In this document: piece after piece, positions 1 to 8,633 of the stretch
Position numbering within the stretch: position 1 is the stretch's first letter
How the letters are laid out: each line of letters begins with the position of its first letter
Virus record (IMG/VR): IMGVR_UViG_3300034272_001471
Coordinates: 1 to 61,028 of that record
DNA from: a virus
Taxonomy: Duplodnaviria; Caudoviricetes
DNA: 61,028 bases
Direction: 5' to 3' (one strand)
Translations under genes and position numbers: made by a program
The notes under the pieces: generated by a model
Told to the model about the DNA's origin: nothing
Databases searched by the model: none
What the model saw: only the letters and a program-made list of their open reading frames with translations

Positions 1-1
1 A

Positions 2-128
2 GTCTCGCAACGGGTTATCCGTTGCCGGCAGTGTACCGATCCCCCTAACGGTTTCGCAAGCATCCCGGGCCGGGCCGGTTTTTCGCCAGCCCGGCCCGGG
101 TGTGCATTGCCCCCTACCCCCTCGCCTT
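2..128. repeat. 127-nt terminal direct repeat, copy 1 (identical to 60902-61028); circular or terminally redundant genome
   Basis: Exact match of 2-128 to the last 127 nt; 127 is a common assembler k-mer, so this is probably a circularisation overlap. Confidence 0.9.
64..100. terminator. GC-rich hairpin downstream of the 114-1028 gene, possible terminator
   Basis: cccgggccgggc (64-75) pairs with gcccggcccggg (89-100); no clear U-tract. Confidence 0.35.
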
Positions 129-1028
129 TGCCGCTGCCTTGGCCAGTTCTGTCGTCAGGTCGAACGGCAACCCCCGCCATTCCGTCCCGTCCCCCGGTGT
201 CGCGGGACATCCTGCGGCCGGGGCGGGCGGCGGATTGAATTGCCGCCGGGTGTCCCGGCCAAGAATCGCCATTCTTGCCGCGGCCGTGCCGATTGCATCT
301 TGGCCTATAGCGGCCGTGCGGCTCTTGCCGATGGCCCGGTTCGGGACGGTGCCGGTATAGGGGACGTGGGGCTTTCCCCGCGGACCCGTTTCCATCGTCG
401 GCGGCAGCGGGATATAGGCTATCCGTGTGGCCGACCCGGGCCAGTAGAGCGGTCGGCCGTTCGGGGCTCTCCCCGCCATCGGGCGGCCCATTGTCCCGAC
501 GACGACGACACGGTAGCGGGTCGGCTCAGGCCGTCCCTTTACGGGCCGGCGGCGGGCCTTGCGTTGCCGGTCGGAAACGTACCGCAGCCCCTCGCGGGTT
601 GCGGTTTCGATGGCCTCTAAAATCCTATCGGGCCGGGGTTGCCGGGCGTCATCCGAAACGCCCCGGAACGGCGATTTGTTCCGCCCCTCTTCACTTTCCC
701 GGCTCCCGGGGTCACGGAGATTTTTCCGGACGGCGGCCCGTTCGCCCCGCTTGCGAATTCGATCCGTTTCGGTATCCCCGGCCCACCCCCTGACCCGCCA
801 TCGTCGGCACGTTCGGAAAATGTAGTGGAGCGGCGTAATTTCGGCCGGGATCGTCCCGGTGATTACGTCAAATATGATCCGGCCGGAAATTTCGTCCCGG
901 TCGGCCGGGGATAGGCTCGCCGGACTGTCCGGGGCGGACCATTTTCCGACATAGCCCCGGACGATTCTAAGGGCCGCGGTGGCGGTATCGTCAGGCCATT
1001 TCAGCGGGTTGCGTTCGTTCGTCTCCAT
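114..1028 (-). CDS. Hypothetical basic protein; N-terminus loosely resembles sigma factor region 2
   Basis: ORF track 114-1115; GGAGG SD before METNERN at 1028; segment LSPADRDEISGRIIFDVI...PLHYIFRTCRRW. Confidence 0.6.
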   Translation of the reverse strand: METNERNPLKWPDDTATAALRIVRGYVGKWSAPDSPASLSPADRDEISGRIIFDVITGTIPAEITPLHYIFRTCRRWRVRGWAGDTETDRIRKRGERAAVRKNLRDPGSRESEEGRNKSPFRGVSDDARQPRPDRILEAIETATREGLRYVSDRQRKARRRPVKGRPEPTRYRVVVVGTMGRPMAGRAPNGRPLYWPGSATRIAYIPLPPTMETGPRGKPHVPYTGTVPNRAIGKSRTAAIGQDAIGTAAARMAILGRDTRRQFNPPPAPAAGCPATPGDGTEWRGLPFDLTTELAKAAAKARG

Positions 1029-1047
1029 TGTTATCCCTCCGTTGTAA

Positions 1048-1311
1048 AGCGGACTGAGCCCGGAACAATTCCGCCGGGAAACATTCCCGACGACACCTAC
1101 ATAGACTATCGGCATTCCACCTTAGGTCAACAATTATTTTCCGGAATTGTTCCTGCCACAGTCCGCTGTATATTGTCGCCACCGACGACGACGAACGGAC
1201 GGTATAAACGTCCCGACGACGACGCCGACGACGATACGCGGACCTGCCCTGTAATATACAGGCAGTCGCGGGGCAAAGATTTTCGGATTTTTGTTCCGCC
1301 GTCAGTCCGCT
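1048..1311. promoter_or_regulatory. Divergent control region with three copies of TTGTTCC-N5-CAGTCCGCT (1048-1068 reverse, 1147-1167, 1291-1311)
   Basis: Motif read directly; each TTGTTC is followed after 16 nt by a -10-like hexamer (TACAAC, TATATT, TCTAAT); also TTGACC-N16-TAGTCT on the minus strand at 1130-1103. Confidence 0.6.
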
Positions 1312-1580
1312 ATCTAATGTCCGATCCATCGGACGCAAGGGAGTAACGGTTTACTCCATGTGTATGCGGGCAGTCAAAGGGAGGTCTTATGATCTGTGCC
1401 GACAGTTTTGACCTGTACATGAACTACAGGCTCCGGGTGCGTCCGTACAACACGGACCCGTGGGATGTGCTGTGGACAGCCTTGTGCTTCGCCCAGCGTT
1501 ACTAGGCCGAAACCTGCCTACGGGCAGGTCCACCCGTGAAGCGGGTGCTGATGAGGCCAGTTGCCTACAGGAGTCTTTCC

Positions 1581-2075
1581 ATGTACCAGCCCGAACGGCT
1601 GGCGCGCTGGAAGATGCCCCGGGATTACTTCGGTGCCGAATGGCCGGAGTACTACTCCTCGGGTGTCGGGCGTTCCAGGGATTCGGACTGCCTGGAAGAA
1701 TCCAACTTCCATGCCATGCTGGCAGCCCTTGGTGGTGAATCGGACACCGTTCGCGTTGTCCGTGAATCACACTGGGCGGTCGGCTGGGTGGAGTGGATTG
1801 CTATCCATGAGTCCGACGAAAAGGCTCTCCGTGAGGCCGATAGGCTGTGCGGCGAGTTGAAAGATTATCCCATCTTGGACGAAGAGGATCACTCTTCCCG
1901 GGAGTGGGAGGAATGCGAGCGCGTCTGGTCGGACTGCTATACGGCCAGGGAGCGTGTTCGGTATCTGCGGCGGGCCCGATGCACGGAGCGATTCCGTGAT
2001 CTACGGGCAGCCGTGAATGGTGACTGGCATGCGGCGGCGAATCTGCTGCCGTGTCCTAGCGACATCATTTACTAG
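1581..2075 (+). CDS. Hypothetical phage protein
   Basis: ORF 1536-2075; GGAG SD before MYQPERL; natural-looking Trp/acidic sequence. Confidence 0.7.
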   Translation: MYQPERLARWKMPRDYFGAEWPEYYSSGVGRSRDSDCLEESNFHAMLAALGGESDTVRVVRESHWAVGWVEWIAIHESDEKALREADRLCGELKDYPILDEEDHSSREWEECERVWSDCYTARERVRYLRRARCTERFRDLRAAVNGDWHAAANLLPCPSDIIY

Positions 2076-2082
2076 ACGGGAT

Positions 2083-2315
2083 CCGGGTCCGGGCAGTGGG
2101 TAATGGGTACAGCCGGGCGTTAGGCCCGTGCCGAGGCCATGCGGCCGTTAGTGCGGCGCTCACTGCCCGGGTTCGGCTGCCGGTGTCCGAATAGCCCCCT
2201 CTGGGCAAAACGCATTCGACGGGGTGCGTAGTCAACGCGGGGAGGACCGCCACGCAAGTGGCCTGCGATCCAACCGTTGGCGCAGAGGGTGCTATTCGGC
2301 TGCCGTTAGCAGTCG
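2083..2315 (+). ncRNA. Candidate structured RNA or leader in the intergenic region
   Basis: Nested stems 2089-2100/2159-2170 and 2187-2203/2283-2299 (16/17); inner hairpins including a GCAA tetraloop at 2249-2262. Confidence 0.45.
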
Positions 2316-2337
2316 GTTTCTCTTCATGGAGGTGCGT

Positions 2338-3156
2338 ATGGTCGCAAGATCACGCACCGCCCGGCCGCTCGGTGTCATTCTGCACCGGGGCCAGTCTGAA
2401 TTCGACGGTGCGCCGTATGTGGTGATCATGCCACTGGGCAAGCCGTCCAAGAATTCCAAGACGGGCAAGATGCTACAGACCTATATCATTAGGTCGCATA
2501 TGCATCCGGTCCAGGCGGTGCGCTCAGGTGGCGATTCGGCCATCTGCGGTGATTGCCCGATGCGTGGGCTGGTGACGTTTCCGAAGCGTACGCCGCGGAA
2601 GAAACGCCAGCGCCACCGGGCCTGTTATGTCAACGTCGGGCAGGGACCGGCCACGGTCTACGGTGCGTTCAAACGTGGACGCTATGTGGACTATGTGCCC
2701 GCCCTGCATGACCAGTTCATCCGGGGCCGAAAGGTGCGATTCGGCACCTACGGCGAGCCGGTGCTGATCCCCTTGGAGCTGGTGGCTCATCTGGCCAGTC
2801 TGTCGGCCGGCTGGACGGGCTACACACACCAGTGGGCGAACCTCGCCTTTCGGGACTACCAGCGGTTTCTCATGGCGTCAGTCCATGGGAAGACCGGGCC
2901 CTGGTCCCGGGAGCATGCGAAGAGTCTCGGCTGGCGAACCTTCCGCACTATGCGGGATGGCGAGCCGGATGATTCTGAGGTTCTCTGCCCGGCATCTGCC
3001 GAGGCGGGGAAGCGGTTGACCTGCGAGCGGTGCAACCTGTGCGACGGTGCCGGAAGGCGCAGGGCCGGGCTGCAACTGGTGGACGTTTACATCCCCGGGC
3101 ACGGTGGCAAGGCGATTATGTCTGCCATCCGCCACCTGCCCATCCTTCAGGCGTGA
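2338..3156 (+). CDS. Cys-rich phage protein (gp88-like, putative Fe-S or metal-binding)
   Basis: GGAGGTG SD; motifs ICGDCP, ACYV, RFGTYGEP, TGYTHQW, CPAS...CERCNLC. Confidence 0.65.
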   Translation: MVARSRTARPLGVILHRGQSEFDGAPYVVIMPLGKPSKNSKTGKMLQTYIIRSHMHPVQAVRSGGDSAICGDCPMRGLVTFPKRTPRKKRQRHRACYVNVGQGPATVYGAFKRGRYVDYVPALHDQFIRGRKVRFGTYGEPVLIPLELVAHLASLSAGWTGYTHQWANLAFRDYQRFLMASVHGKTGPWSREHAKSLGWRTFRTMRDGEPDDSEVLCPASAEAGKRLTCERCNLCDGAGRRRAGLQLVDVYIPGHGGKAIMSAIRHLPILQA

Positions 3157-3204
3157 CGCCGCGTGGCGTTACCTGTACACTTGGACAGTCCTAGGAGGTG
3201 TGAC

Positions 3205-3333
3205 ATGGTCGATGCGTACTACTCCAACGACCTCAAGTGTTGGGTTCGTCTGGAGCGTCAGATAGATGGCGAGTGGTGCCATACGTCTGGGTTTTCTACC
3301 CGAGAAGCGGCCATGCGTGGCCGGGAGGTGTGA
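3205..3333 (+). CDS. Small hypothetical protein (42 aa)
   Basis: Below the ORF-track cutoff; AGGAGG SD; MVDAYYSND...GREV; flanked by junction motifs. Confidence 0.55.
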   Translation: MVDAYYSNDLKCWVRLERQIDGEWCHTSGFSTREAAMRGREV

Positions 3334-3334
3334 C

Positions 3335-3562
3335 ATGACGAGTCTAACGGGCCGCCTAGTGCGGGCGGCCGATGATCTGCGGGAACTGCGGATCGATCTT
3401 CACAACTTGGCAATTCGGCTGCTGGAAGACGACGCGGGCCTATCCGCTGAGTCTTACTGGCTGCTGGATCAGGTGTTTCAGCGGGTCGGCGGGCTGGCTG
3501 CTGTCAATGCCCGGAAGCGTGATGATGGCAGGTTTTATATCCCCCCAATGGCAAAGGTGTGA
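3335..3562 (+). CDS. Hypothetical protein
   Basis: Start in a GGAGGTG-TGA-C-ATG junction; MTSLTGRL. Confidence 0.65.
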   Translation: MTSLTGRLVRAADDLRELRIDLHNLAIRLLEDDAGLSAESYWLLDQVFQRVGGLAAVNARKRDDGRFYIPPMAKV

Positions 3563-3563
3563 C

Positions 3564-3803
3564 ATGGAGTATCTGCATGACCGCTACCCGCAGGCCACAT
3601 ACCTGCGGGTGCCCTATACGGGCCGCAAGGGGTACACGCAATCGGGCTACGGCAAGCGGTTGCCAACCGACTGGGCCGTGCGGATTGGCAAGAGGCTGCA
3701 CCGGGTGCGGTGCATGTGCTGGAGCAACATCGGCACCTTGTGGGTGCGGGTGCGAGGTGAACAACTGATCTTTGTGGACTGCTATCACAAGCAGGAGGTG
3801 TGA
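3564..3803 (+). CDS. Hypothetical protein
   Basis: Coupled start; MEYLHDRY...GYGKRLPT...VRCMCWSNIGTLWV. Confidence 0.65.
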   Translation: MEYLHDRYPQATYLRVPYTGRKGYTQSGYGKRLPTDWAVRIGKRLHRVRCMCWSNIGTLWVRVRGEQLIFVDCYHKQEV

Positions 3804-3804
3804 C

Positions 3805-4056
3805 ATGCGAAGGCTGGACGACGAGCCGCTGCAATGGCGGTACGGGATCACACTGCGTGGCCTGTGGCTTGCATCCAACGGGCAGTGGTTGCGGGATGGC
3901 TCACACCCATCCGTGCAGCACTGGCCGACGATGGAGCAGGCGCGGGCGTGGCGGGAGCGTCACATGCCCGGCGAGTTGGGTGCATGGGCCGAGGCCATCG
4001 GGATTTTCCAAGGCGGCGTCAATGTGACTGCCGCTGTTCATGGCGAGGAGGCGTGA
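3805..4056 (+). CDS. Hypothetical protein
   Basis: Coupled start in junction motif; MRRLDDEP. Confidence 0.6.
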   Translation: MRRLDDEPLQWRYGITLRGLWLASNGQWLRDGSHPSVQHWPTMEQARAWRERHMPGELGAWAEAIGIFQGGVNVTAAVHGEEA

Positions 4057-4057
4057 C

Positions 4058-4228
4058 ATGCGACGAGAGACGATCCTGACACTGCGGATTACCTGGGACA
4101 CCGATGAGGTGGAACGCCCAGGTGCCTGGGACTGGGCCACGCTGATCGATGCCGAGCGTGGGCATGTGGAGATTCTTGCGGACAGCGACTGGCAGTGCCG
4201 CAACCAACTGTTAACCGAGGAGGTGTGA
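4058..4228 (+). CDS. Hypothetical protein
   Basis: Coupled start in junction motif; MRRETILT. Confidence 0.6.
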   Translation: MRRETILTLRITWDTDEVERPGAWDWATLIDAERGHVEILADSDWQCRNQLLTEEV

Positions 4229-4229
4229 C

Positions 4230-4412
4230 ATGCCCGACTACGACTGGCTGGGCTACGGGCTGCTGCTGAAATTCAGCAACGGCACCGTGTTCATGCAGGG
4301 TGACGAGGCGTCGGAACTGTACGACCAACTGGAGGCGTGTGCCACCAGTGAAGAGATCGATCTGCTTCTAGGTGACTACGCCGAAATGGCGGAGGAGGAA
4401 AGCGATGAGTAG
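4230..4412 (+). CDS. Small acidic hypothetical protein
   Basis: Coupled start in junction motif; acidic C-terminus. Confidence 0.65.
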   Translation: MPDYDWLGYGLLLKFSNGTVFMQGDEASELYDQLEACATSEEIDLLLGDYAEMAEEESDE

Positions 4413-5130
4413 CCTGTGTCTCCATGCCGGCGGCAAGCTGGCTGGGCTGGATGAGATCAGGGGTCTGGCAATGCCGGCCCCTACGGATACGTGGACCCCT
4501 GTGCCCCATGATCTGGTCATCGATCATGTGACCAGAACCGTGGAGTCGTCGGGCCTGGCAGTCAGTGAGCGGTCATTCGCCATTGCCAAGGACGGGATGC
4601 GCATGTTCGGCATCCTCACCCTGGCAGGTGGCACGGACTATGCGACGACGATTGGGGTGCGGAACAGCCATGACAAGACCTTCCCTGTCGGGCTGGCACT
4701 GGGGAGTCGGGTGTTCGTCTGCGACAACCTCGCCTTCTCCAGTGAGGTGACGATCAGCACCAAGCACACACGCTATGTGCTGGACAGGTTGCCCCGGCTG
4801 ATCGCAGACGGGGTGGCCCGGCTTGTGCAGAGGCGGGTCCACCAGGAACGCAGGCTGGAGGTCTACAAGGAGACGCCCGTGCAGGGGCTGGCACACCTGC
4901 ATGATCTGGTGCTGCGGACCTATCGGGCCAAGGCCATCCCGGCCCGTGCGATTGCCGAGGTCTTGCAGGAATACGAGGAGCCGAAGCATCCGGAGTTCCG
5001 GCAGCCGACGCTCTGGGCCTACTTCAATGCGGTCACCGAGGTTCTCAAGACCTACGGTGAACTGCAACCCCGGACGCAACGGTTGCACGGGGTGATCGAT
5101 GCGGATTGTCCGAAACTTCTGGCGGTCTAG
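4405..5130 (+). CDS. DUF932-like phage/plasmid protein
   Basis: Motif IGVRNSHDK...GSRVFVCDNLAF and TLWAYFNAVTE; GGAGG SD. Confidence 0.75.
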   Translation: MSSLCLHAGGKLAGLDEIRGLAMPAPTDTWTPVPHDLVIDHVTRTVESSGLAVSERSFAIAKDGMRMFGILTLAGGTDYATTIGVRNSHDKTFPVGLALGSRVFVCDNLAFSSEVTISTKHTRYVLDRLPRLIADGVARLVQRRVHQERRLEVYKETPVQGLAHLHDLVLRTYRAKAIPARAIAEVLQEYEEPKHPEFRQPTLWAYFNAVTEVLKTYGELQPRTQRLHGVIDADCPKLLAV

Positions 5131-5140
5131 GAGGCGAGCA

Positions 5141-5341
5141 ATGGATGACCGACACGTTGTGCATCTGGTCTTGACCGAGGTGCAGCAGGCCCAGTTGCGG
5201 CATGCGGTGGCCTACTGGGCCGACCTCAAGCGATTGTGGCGGGAGGAGGCTGGACTCCCGTACACTGCCCATGAAATCGCCGCCGAACAGGTGGCCGATA
5301 TGGTGTGGAAACTCACCGGGGGGGATTTGCAGCATGCCTAA
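5141..5341 (+). CDS. Hypothetical protein
   Basis: GGAGG SD; MDDRHVVH. Confidence 0.55.
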   Translation: MDDRHVVHLVLTEVQQAQLRHAVAYWADLKRLWREEAGLPYTAHEIAAEQVADMVWKLTGGDLQHA

Positions 5342-5483
5342 AGAGGGGGTGTGGGAGTTCACGTTCATGGCGGTGCAGGCCGGCGAGACACGGCGGCAAG
5401 CCTTGGAGGCCGTGCTGGAGTATCTCGCAGAGCAGGCAGACAAGGGGGAGTTGGAGCCGACGACGGTGGAGCGAATCGAATAA
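5334..5483 (+). CDS. Small hypothetical protein
   Basis: Overlapping start; MPKEGVWEF. Confidence 0.5.
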   Translation: MPKEGVWEFTFMAVQAGETRRQALEAVLEYLAEQADKGELEPTTVERIE

Positions 5484-5502
5484 GGCACCAAGGAGGTGTG
5501 CA

Positions 5503-5631
5503 ATGTGGGCGGTGAGAACCAAGGAGGAAATCCTGGCGGTGTTCAATGACCGCTGGGAGGCAGAAGAGTTTGCCCGGGAGTGGCGTTCACTCCATGGGGT
5601 GAGGTGTAAGGTAGTGCGCACGGAGAACTGA
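5503..5631 (+). CDS. Small hypothetical protein
   Basis: AGGAGGTG SD; MWAVRTKEE. Confidence 0.55.
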   Translation: MWAVRTKEEILAVFNDRWEAEEFAREWRSLHGVRCKVVRTEN

Positions 5632-5632
5632 G

Positions 5633-5854
5633 ATGAAGACCATAGTGCATGTCAACCAGCACATCATCCGCTCCAACTCCAAGACGGGGCAGAGGATGCC
5701 GGTGCTGACGGTCAAGACCTACAAGGACAACACCTACGCCCACTCCGTGCGGATCGATGGGCCATGCGTGGTGGTGTACAGCCCGGACAAGCCGCTGTCA
5801 TGCGGTGCGAAGGTGTGGATCGAAACCCAAGGCAACGTGGAGAGAATCGCATGA
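5633..5854 (+). CDS. Conserved small phage protein
   Basis: MKTIVHVNQH...YSPDKPLSCGAKVWIET, a pattern I recall from aquatic phages. Confidence 0.7.
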   Translation: MKTIVHVNQHIIRSNSKTGQRMPVLTVKTYKDNTYAHSVRIDGPCVVVYSPDKPLSCGAKVWIETQGNVERIA

Positions 5855-6303
5855 GTTATCGACCGATTGGCAAGCGGCTCCGTGAGTGGGTGCAGGCCCG
5901 CATCGATGCGGCGATCCTGCCCCAGGTGCGGAGGTGCGTGGCAGATGTGGCCCAGCCGGTGGACCACCAGCGGCTGGCCTTAGAGGTCGGCTGTTTGCAG
6001 GAGTTCCGCCGGGAGCTGGCCGCTTCCATGCAAAGCGAGGTAAGCGAGACGTTGACAGAGCGGCTGGTGGACGAGATCGACCTGGACGATCTGGCAGACA
6101 AGGTCGCAGCCCGGAGATCGTTTGATATCGATGCGGAGGATGTCGCCCGCCACATGGATGCGGAAGATGTCGCCTCCTATGTGGATGTGGATACGGACAC
6201 CATCGCAGAGAAGGTAGCCGAGGAGATCGATGTGTTTGAGTGCGTGGACTACGACCGACTGGCGGCGGCGCTGGTCAGCAAACTGAAGGAGGTGTTGGCA
6301 TGA
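5851..6303 (+). CDS. Acidic protein with internal D/E-rich repeats
   Basis: ATGA overlap; repeats IDAEDVA/MDAEDVA. Confidence 0.65.
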   Translation: MSYRPIGKRLREWVQARIDAAILPQVRRCVADVAQPVDHQRLALEVGCLQEFRRELAASMQSEVSETLTERLVDEIDLDDLADKVAARRSFDIDAEDVARHMDAEDVASYVDVDTDTIAEKVAEEIDVFECVDYDRLAAALVSKLKEVLA

Positions 6304-6518
6304 GTTATCGACCCATGTTTCTGGTTGGCCGGGAGTGGGCTGGCAATGCCCTGCGATTTGCCACCCAGGCAGAGGCAGAGCAGTCTGCCTTGGAGTTGAT
6401 GGGCCGGTGGTTCATGCCATCGGACTACCGAGTGGACGAGGTGGATGACGAGGTAAACTATGGGTTCGATCCTGTACGCGGGAATGTCCCGCTGGAGGTG
6501 GTCAATGCCAACGATTGA
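6300..6518 (+). CDS. Small phage protein
   Basis: ATGA overlap; WAGNALRFATQAEAE motif. Confidence 0.65.
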   Translation: MSYRPMFLVGREWAGNALRFATQAEAEQSALELMGRWFMPSDYRVDEVDDEVNYGFDPVRGNVPLEVVNAND

Positions 6519-6690
6519 ACTGACCGACGAGCAGGCCGACGAGCTTGAAGATGCCGTGGCCTGCAGGATCGACGACCTGGATCGCAGGCTCCGGGAATCC
6601 GCACGTTCAGACGATGACCCCGGTGTCATTCAGGTCAGGCATGTGCAGTCTGTCCTGTCCGACATCCTGGAACTACTGGAGATTGCGTGA
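6505..6690 (+). CDS. Hypothetical protein
   Basis: GGAGG SD; MPTIELTDEQ. Confidence 0.55.
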   Translation: MPTIELTDEQADELEDAVACRIDDLDRRLRESARSDDDPGVIQVRHVQSVLSDILELLEIA

Positions 6691-7379
6691 TGCGAGTGCT
6701 GGACCTGTACTGCGGGGCAGGGATGGCGGCAGATGGGTACTACGACGCCGGGTTCGATGTGGTCGGGTGGGATGTGAGGCACCAGCCGAGTTACCCCTTC
6801 CAGCTCCATCGGGGCAGTGCCTTGGATGCCCTGGAAGATCGGGCCTACCTGCGGGAGTTCGATCTGATCCATGCCTCCCCGCCATGCCAAGCCCACACTA
6901 GGGCGAAGCACCTACGGGAAGCACAGGGTGGCAAGAGTAAGTACGACGACCTGCTGACCCCCACCCTGGCACTGCTGCGAGACTGCGGCGTGCCGTGGGT
7001 GGTGGAGAATGTGGTCGGTGCGCCCGGCATGGAGGGCGCCGTGGTCGAATGCGGCTCGGCCTACGGGCTGAAGGTCCGCCGGCACCGCCTGTTCCTGGCG
7101 TCCTTCCCCCTAGTGGGATCAGGCTGCAAGCACAAGGAGCAGGGCAAACCAGTGGGTGTGTACCACGTAATGGGCGACACCTGCAAAGGCGTGTGCAAGA
7201 AGACTGGCAAACTGGTGGTCGGCGGGTCCACTGCCAGGACGGTGGAGGAGGGACGCGCAGCCATGGGTGTCAGCCGCATGATCACATGGAACGAATTGAA
7301 GGAGGGCTTCCCGCCTGCGTACACTCGCCACGTTGGCGAGCAGGCGATGGCCTACCTGTTGAGGAGGGAGGTGGCCTGA
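6687..7379 (+). CDS. C5 cytosine-specific DNA methyltransferase
   Basis: Motif I (DLYCGAG), catalytic SPPCQ, ENV, RxRLF. Confidence 0.85.
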   Translation: MMRVLDLYCGAGMAADGYYDAGFDVVGWDVRHQPSYPFQLHRGSALDALEDRAYLREFDLIHASPPCQAHTRAKHLREAQGGKSKYDDLLTPTLALLRDCGVPWVVENVVGAPGMEGAVVECGSAYGLKVRRHRLFLASFPLVGSGCKHKEQGKPVGVYHVMGDTCKGVCKKTGKLVVGGSTARTVEEGRAAMGVSRMITWNELKEGFPPAYTRHVGEQAMAYLLRREVA

Positions 7380-7588
7380 TGTTCGACGTTCTTTCCCCCG
7401 ATGGTTTGTCGATTGAGCAGGACGAGTACTACCCCACGGTGGACGAGGCCCGGGCGGCGGCAGAGTTGTTTGCCCATCGGTTCTCCGCCCAGGGTTTCTA
7501 TTCGACGTTTCGCTGGGAGCGTATCCCAGTGACCGAGATCGTCGGCCGGTGCCGGATTGTGGAAGTGGACCCCGAGGAGGACGAGTGA
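7379..7588 (+). CDS. Hypothetical protein
   Basis: TGATG coupling; MFDVLSPDG. Confidence 0.6.
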   Translation: MFDVLSPDGLSIEQDEYYPTVDEARAAAELFAHRFSAQGFYSTFRWERIPVTEIVGRCRIVEVDPEEDE

Positions 7589-7809
7589 TGCCATACCCGG
7601 ACAGCGAGTACCCGTCTGTGCTGCGGGGGTACGACAAGCGGCAGAGTCAGCGGTTGCTGGCGGCGGCGCCGGCCATGCTTGATCGGTTGAAGTCTCTTGT
7701 CGGAGGGGCTGAGTGCGAGTGCGACAAGGCCGACGACCAGCACCCGCTGTGCGACATCTGCTGGTCCCATCAAGTCATCGCCAAGGCAGAAGGGAGGCCC
7801 GATGCCTGA
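7588..7809 (+). CDS. Hypothetical protein
   Basis: TGATG coupling; RLLAAAPAML...IAKAEG. Confidence 0.55.
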   Translation: MPYPDSEYPSVLRGYDKRQSQRLLAAAPAMLDRLKSLVGGAECECDKADDQHPLCDICWSHQVIAKAEGRPDA

Positions 7810-7928
7810 CATCATTATCCACTCCCTGCTGTTGTATGAACTGGACGACGGCGACGACGCCCAGCAGATTGTTGACGAAGAGGTGCTGTGCGACACGCCG
7901 CTGGTTGTCATCCCTGCGGAGGAACCAC

Positions 7929-8249
7929 ATGCCTGATCACACACCCGGACCATGGTCTGTCATCCCCACCCCATACGACCCGGACCACACCCACAAGATC
8001 ATGTACGACTGCGTCCATGAGGGATGGCGCCGGATCGGGGCTGTGGGGGGAGTGTTCGCCAAGGACAGCGACGAGGCCAAGGCGAATGCCCGGCTCATGG
8101 CAGCGGCCCCTGAACTGCTGGACGCATGCAAGGAGTTGCTGATCTACCTCGGGGACTGGGATGACATGGACAACGAGACATGCCATGCGGCACGGCATGC
8201 CATTTCACTAGCGGAGGGAACCGATGGCAAGGATCGACGGGTGGACTGA
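7929..8249 (+). CDS. Small phage protein (HTPGPW...ANARLMAAAPELL family)
   Basis: Characteristic motifs; GGAGG SD. Confidence 0.7.
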   Translation: MPDHTPGPWSVIPTPYDPDHTHKIMYDCVHEGWRRIGAVGGVFAKDSDEAKANARLMAAAPELLDACKELLIYLGDWDDMDNETCHAARHAISLAEGTDGKDRRVD

Positions 8250-8357
8250 CCGGAAGGTAGACTACGCTATCGCCCTGCTGGTGCAGGCGGAGCAACTGGC
8301 ACGGGACATAGAGCCTGATCTTTACGAGAAGATCAGGCGTTTCCTTTTGGAGGAGGC

Positions 8358-8630
8358 ATGATGCGGGTCACACGCACGCCTGACGCCACGCACTACGACG
8401 GGGAGGGCGAGCATGCTCACCTGCATGCCACCGTCTCTCGCCTCACGGTTTCGCGGTTCGACCGGGACAAGTCGGGCTTTCTCTTACAGTGCATGGAGGA
8501 CTACCCGGATGGCCGGGCCATGGAGTACACCTACGGGAACATCGCTCCGCTTGGCAAACGCATGGCGGAAAGCGCCGCCGAGCGGTGGGTGAATGGAAGA
8601 AAGATACCGATCAAACTGGAATGGAGGTGA
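8358..8630 (+). CDS. Hypothetical protein
   Basis: ORF track; GGAGG SD. Confidence 0.55.
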   Translation: MMRVTRTPDATHYDGEGEHAHLHATVSRLTVSRFDRDKSGFLLQCMEDYPDGRAMEYTYGNIAPLGKRMAESAAERWVNGRKIPIKLEWR

Positions 8631-8633
8631 GCG

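Noticed and set aside
1048-1167. Invertible promoter flanked by 26-bp hix-like sites for the serine recombinase
   Set aside because: The central bases differ, the segment is very short, and a third direct copy exists; promoter or operator motifs fit better.
1183-1233. (CGA)n microsatellite-like runs
   Set aside because: Short and imperfect; no supportable function.
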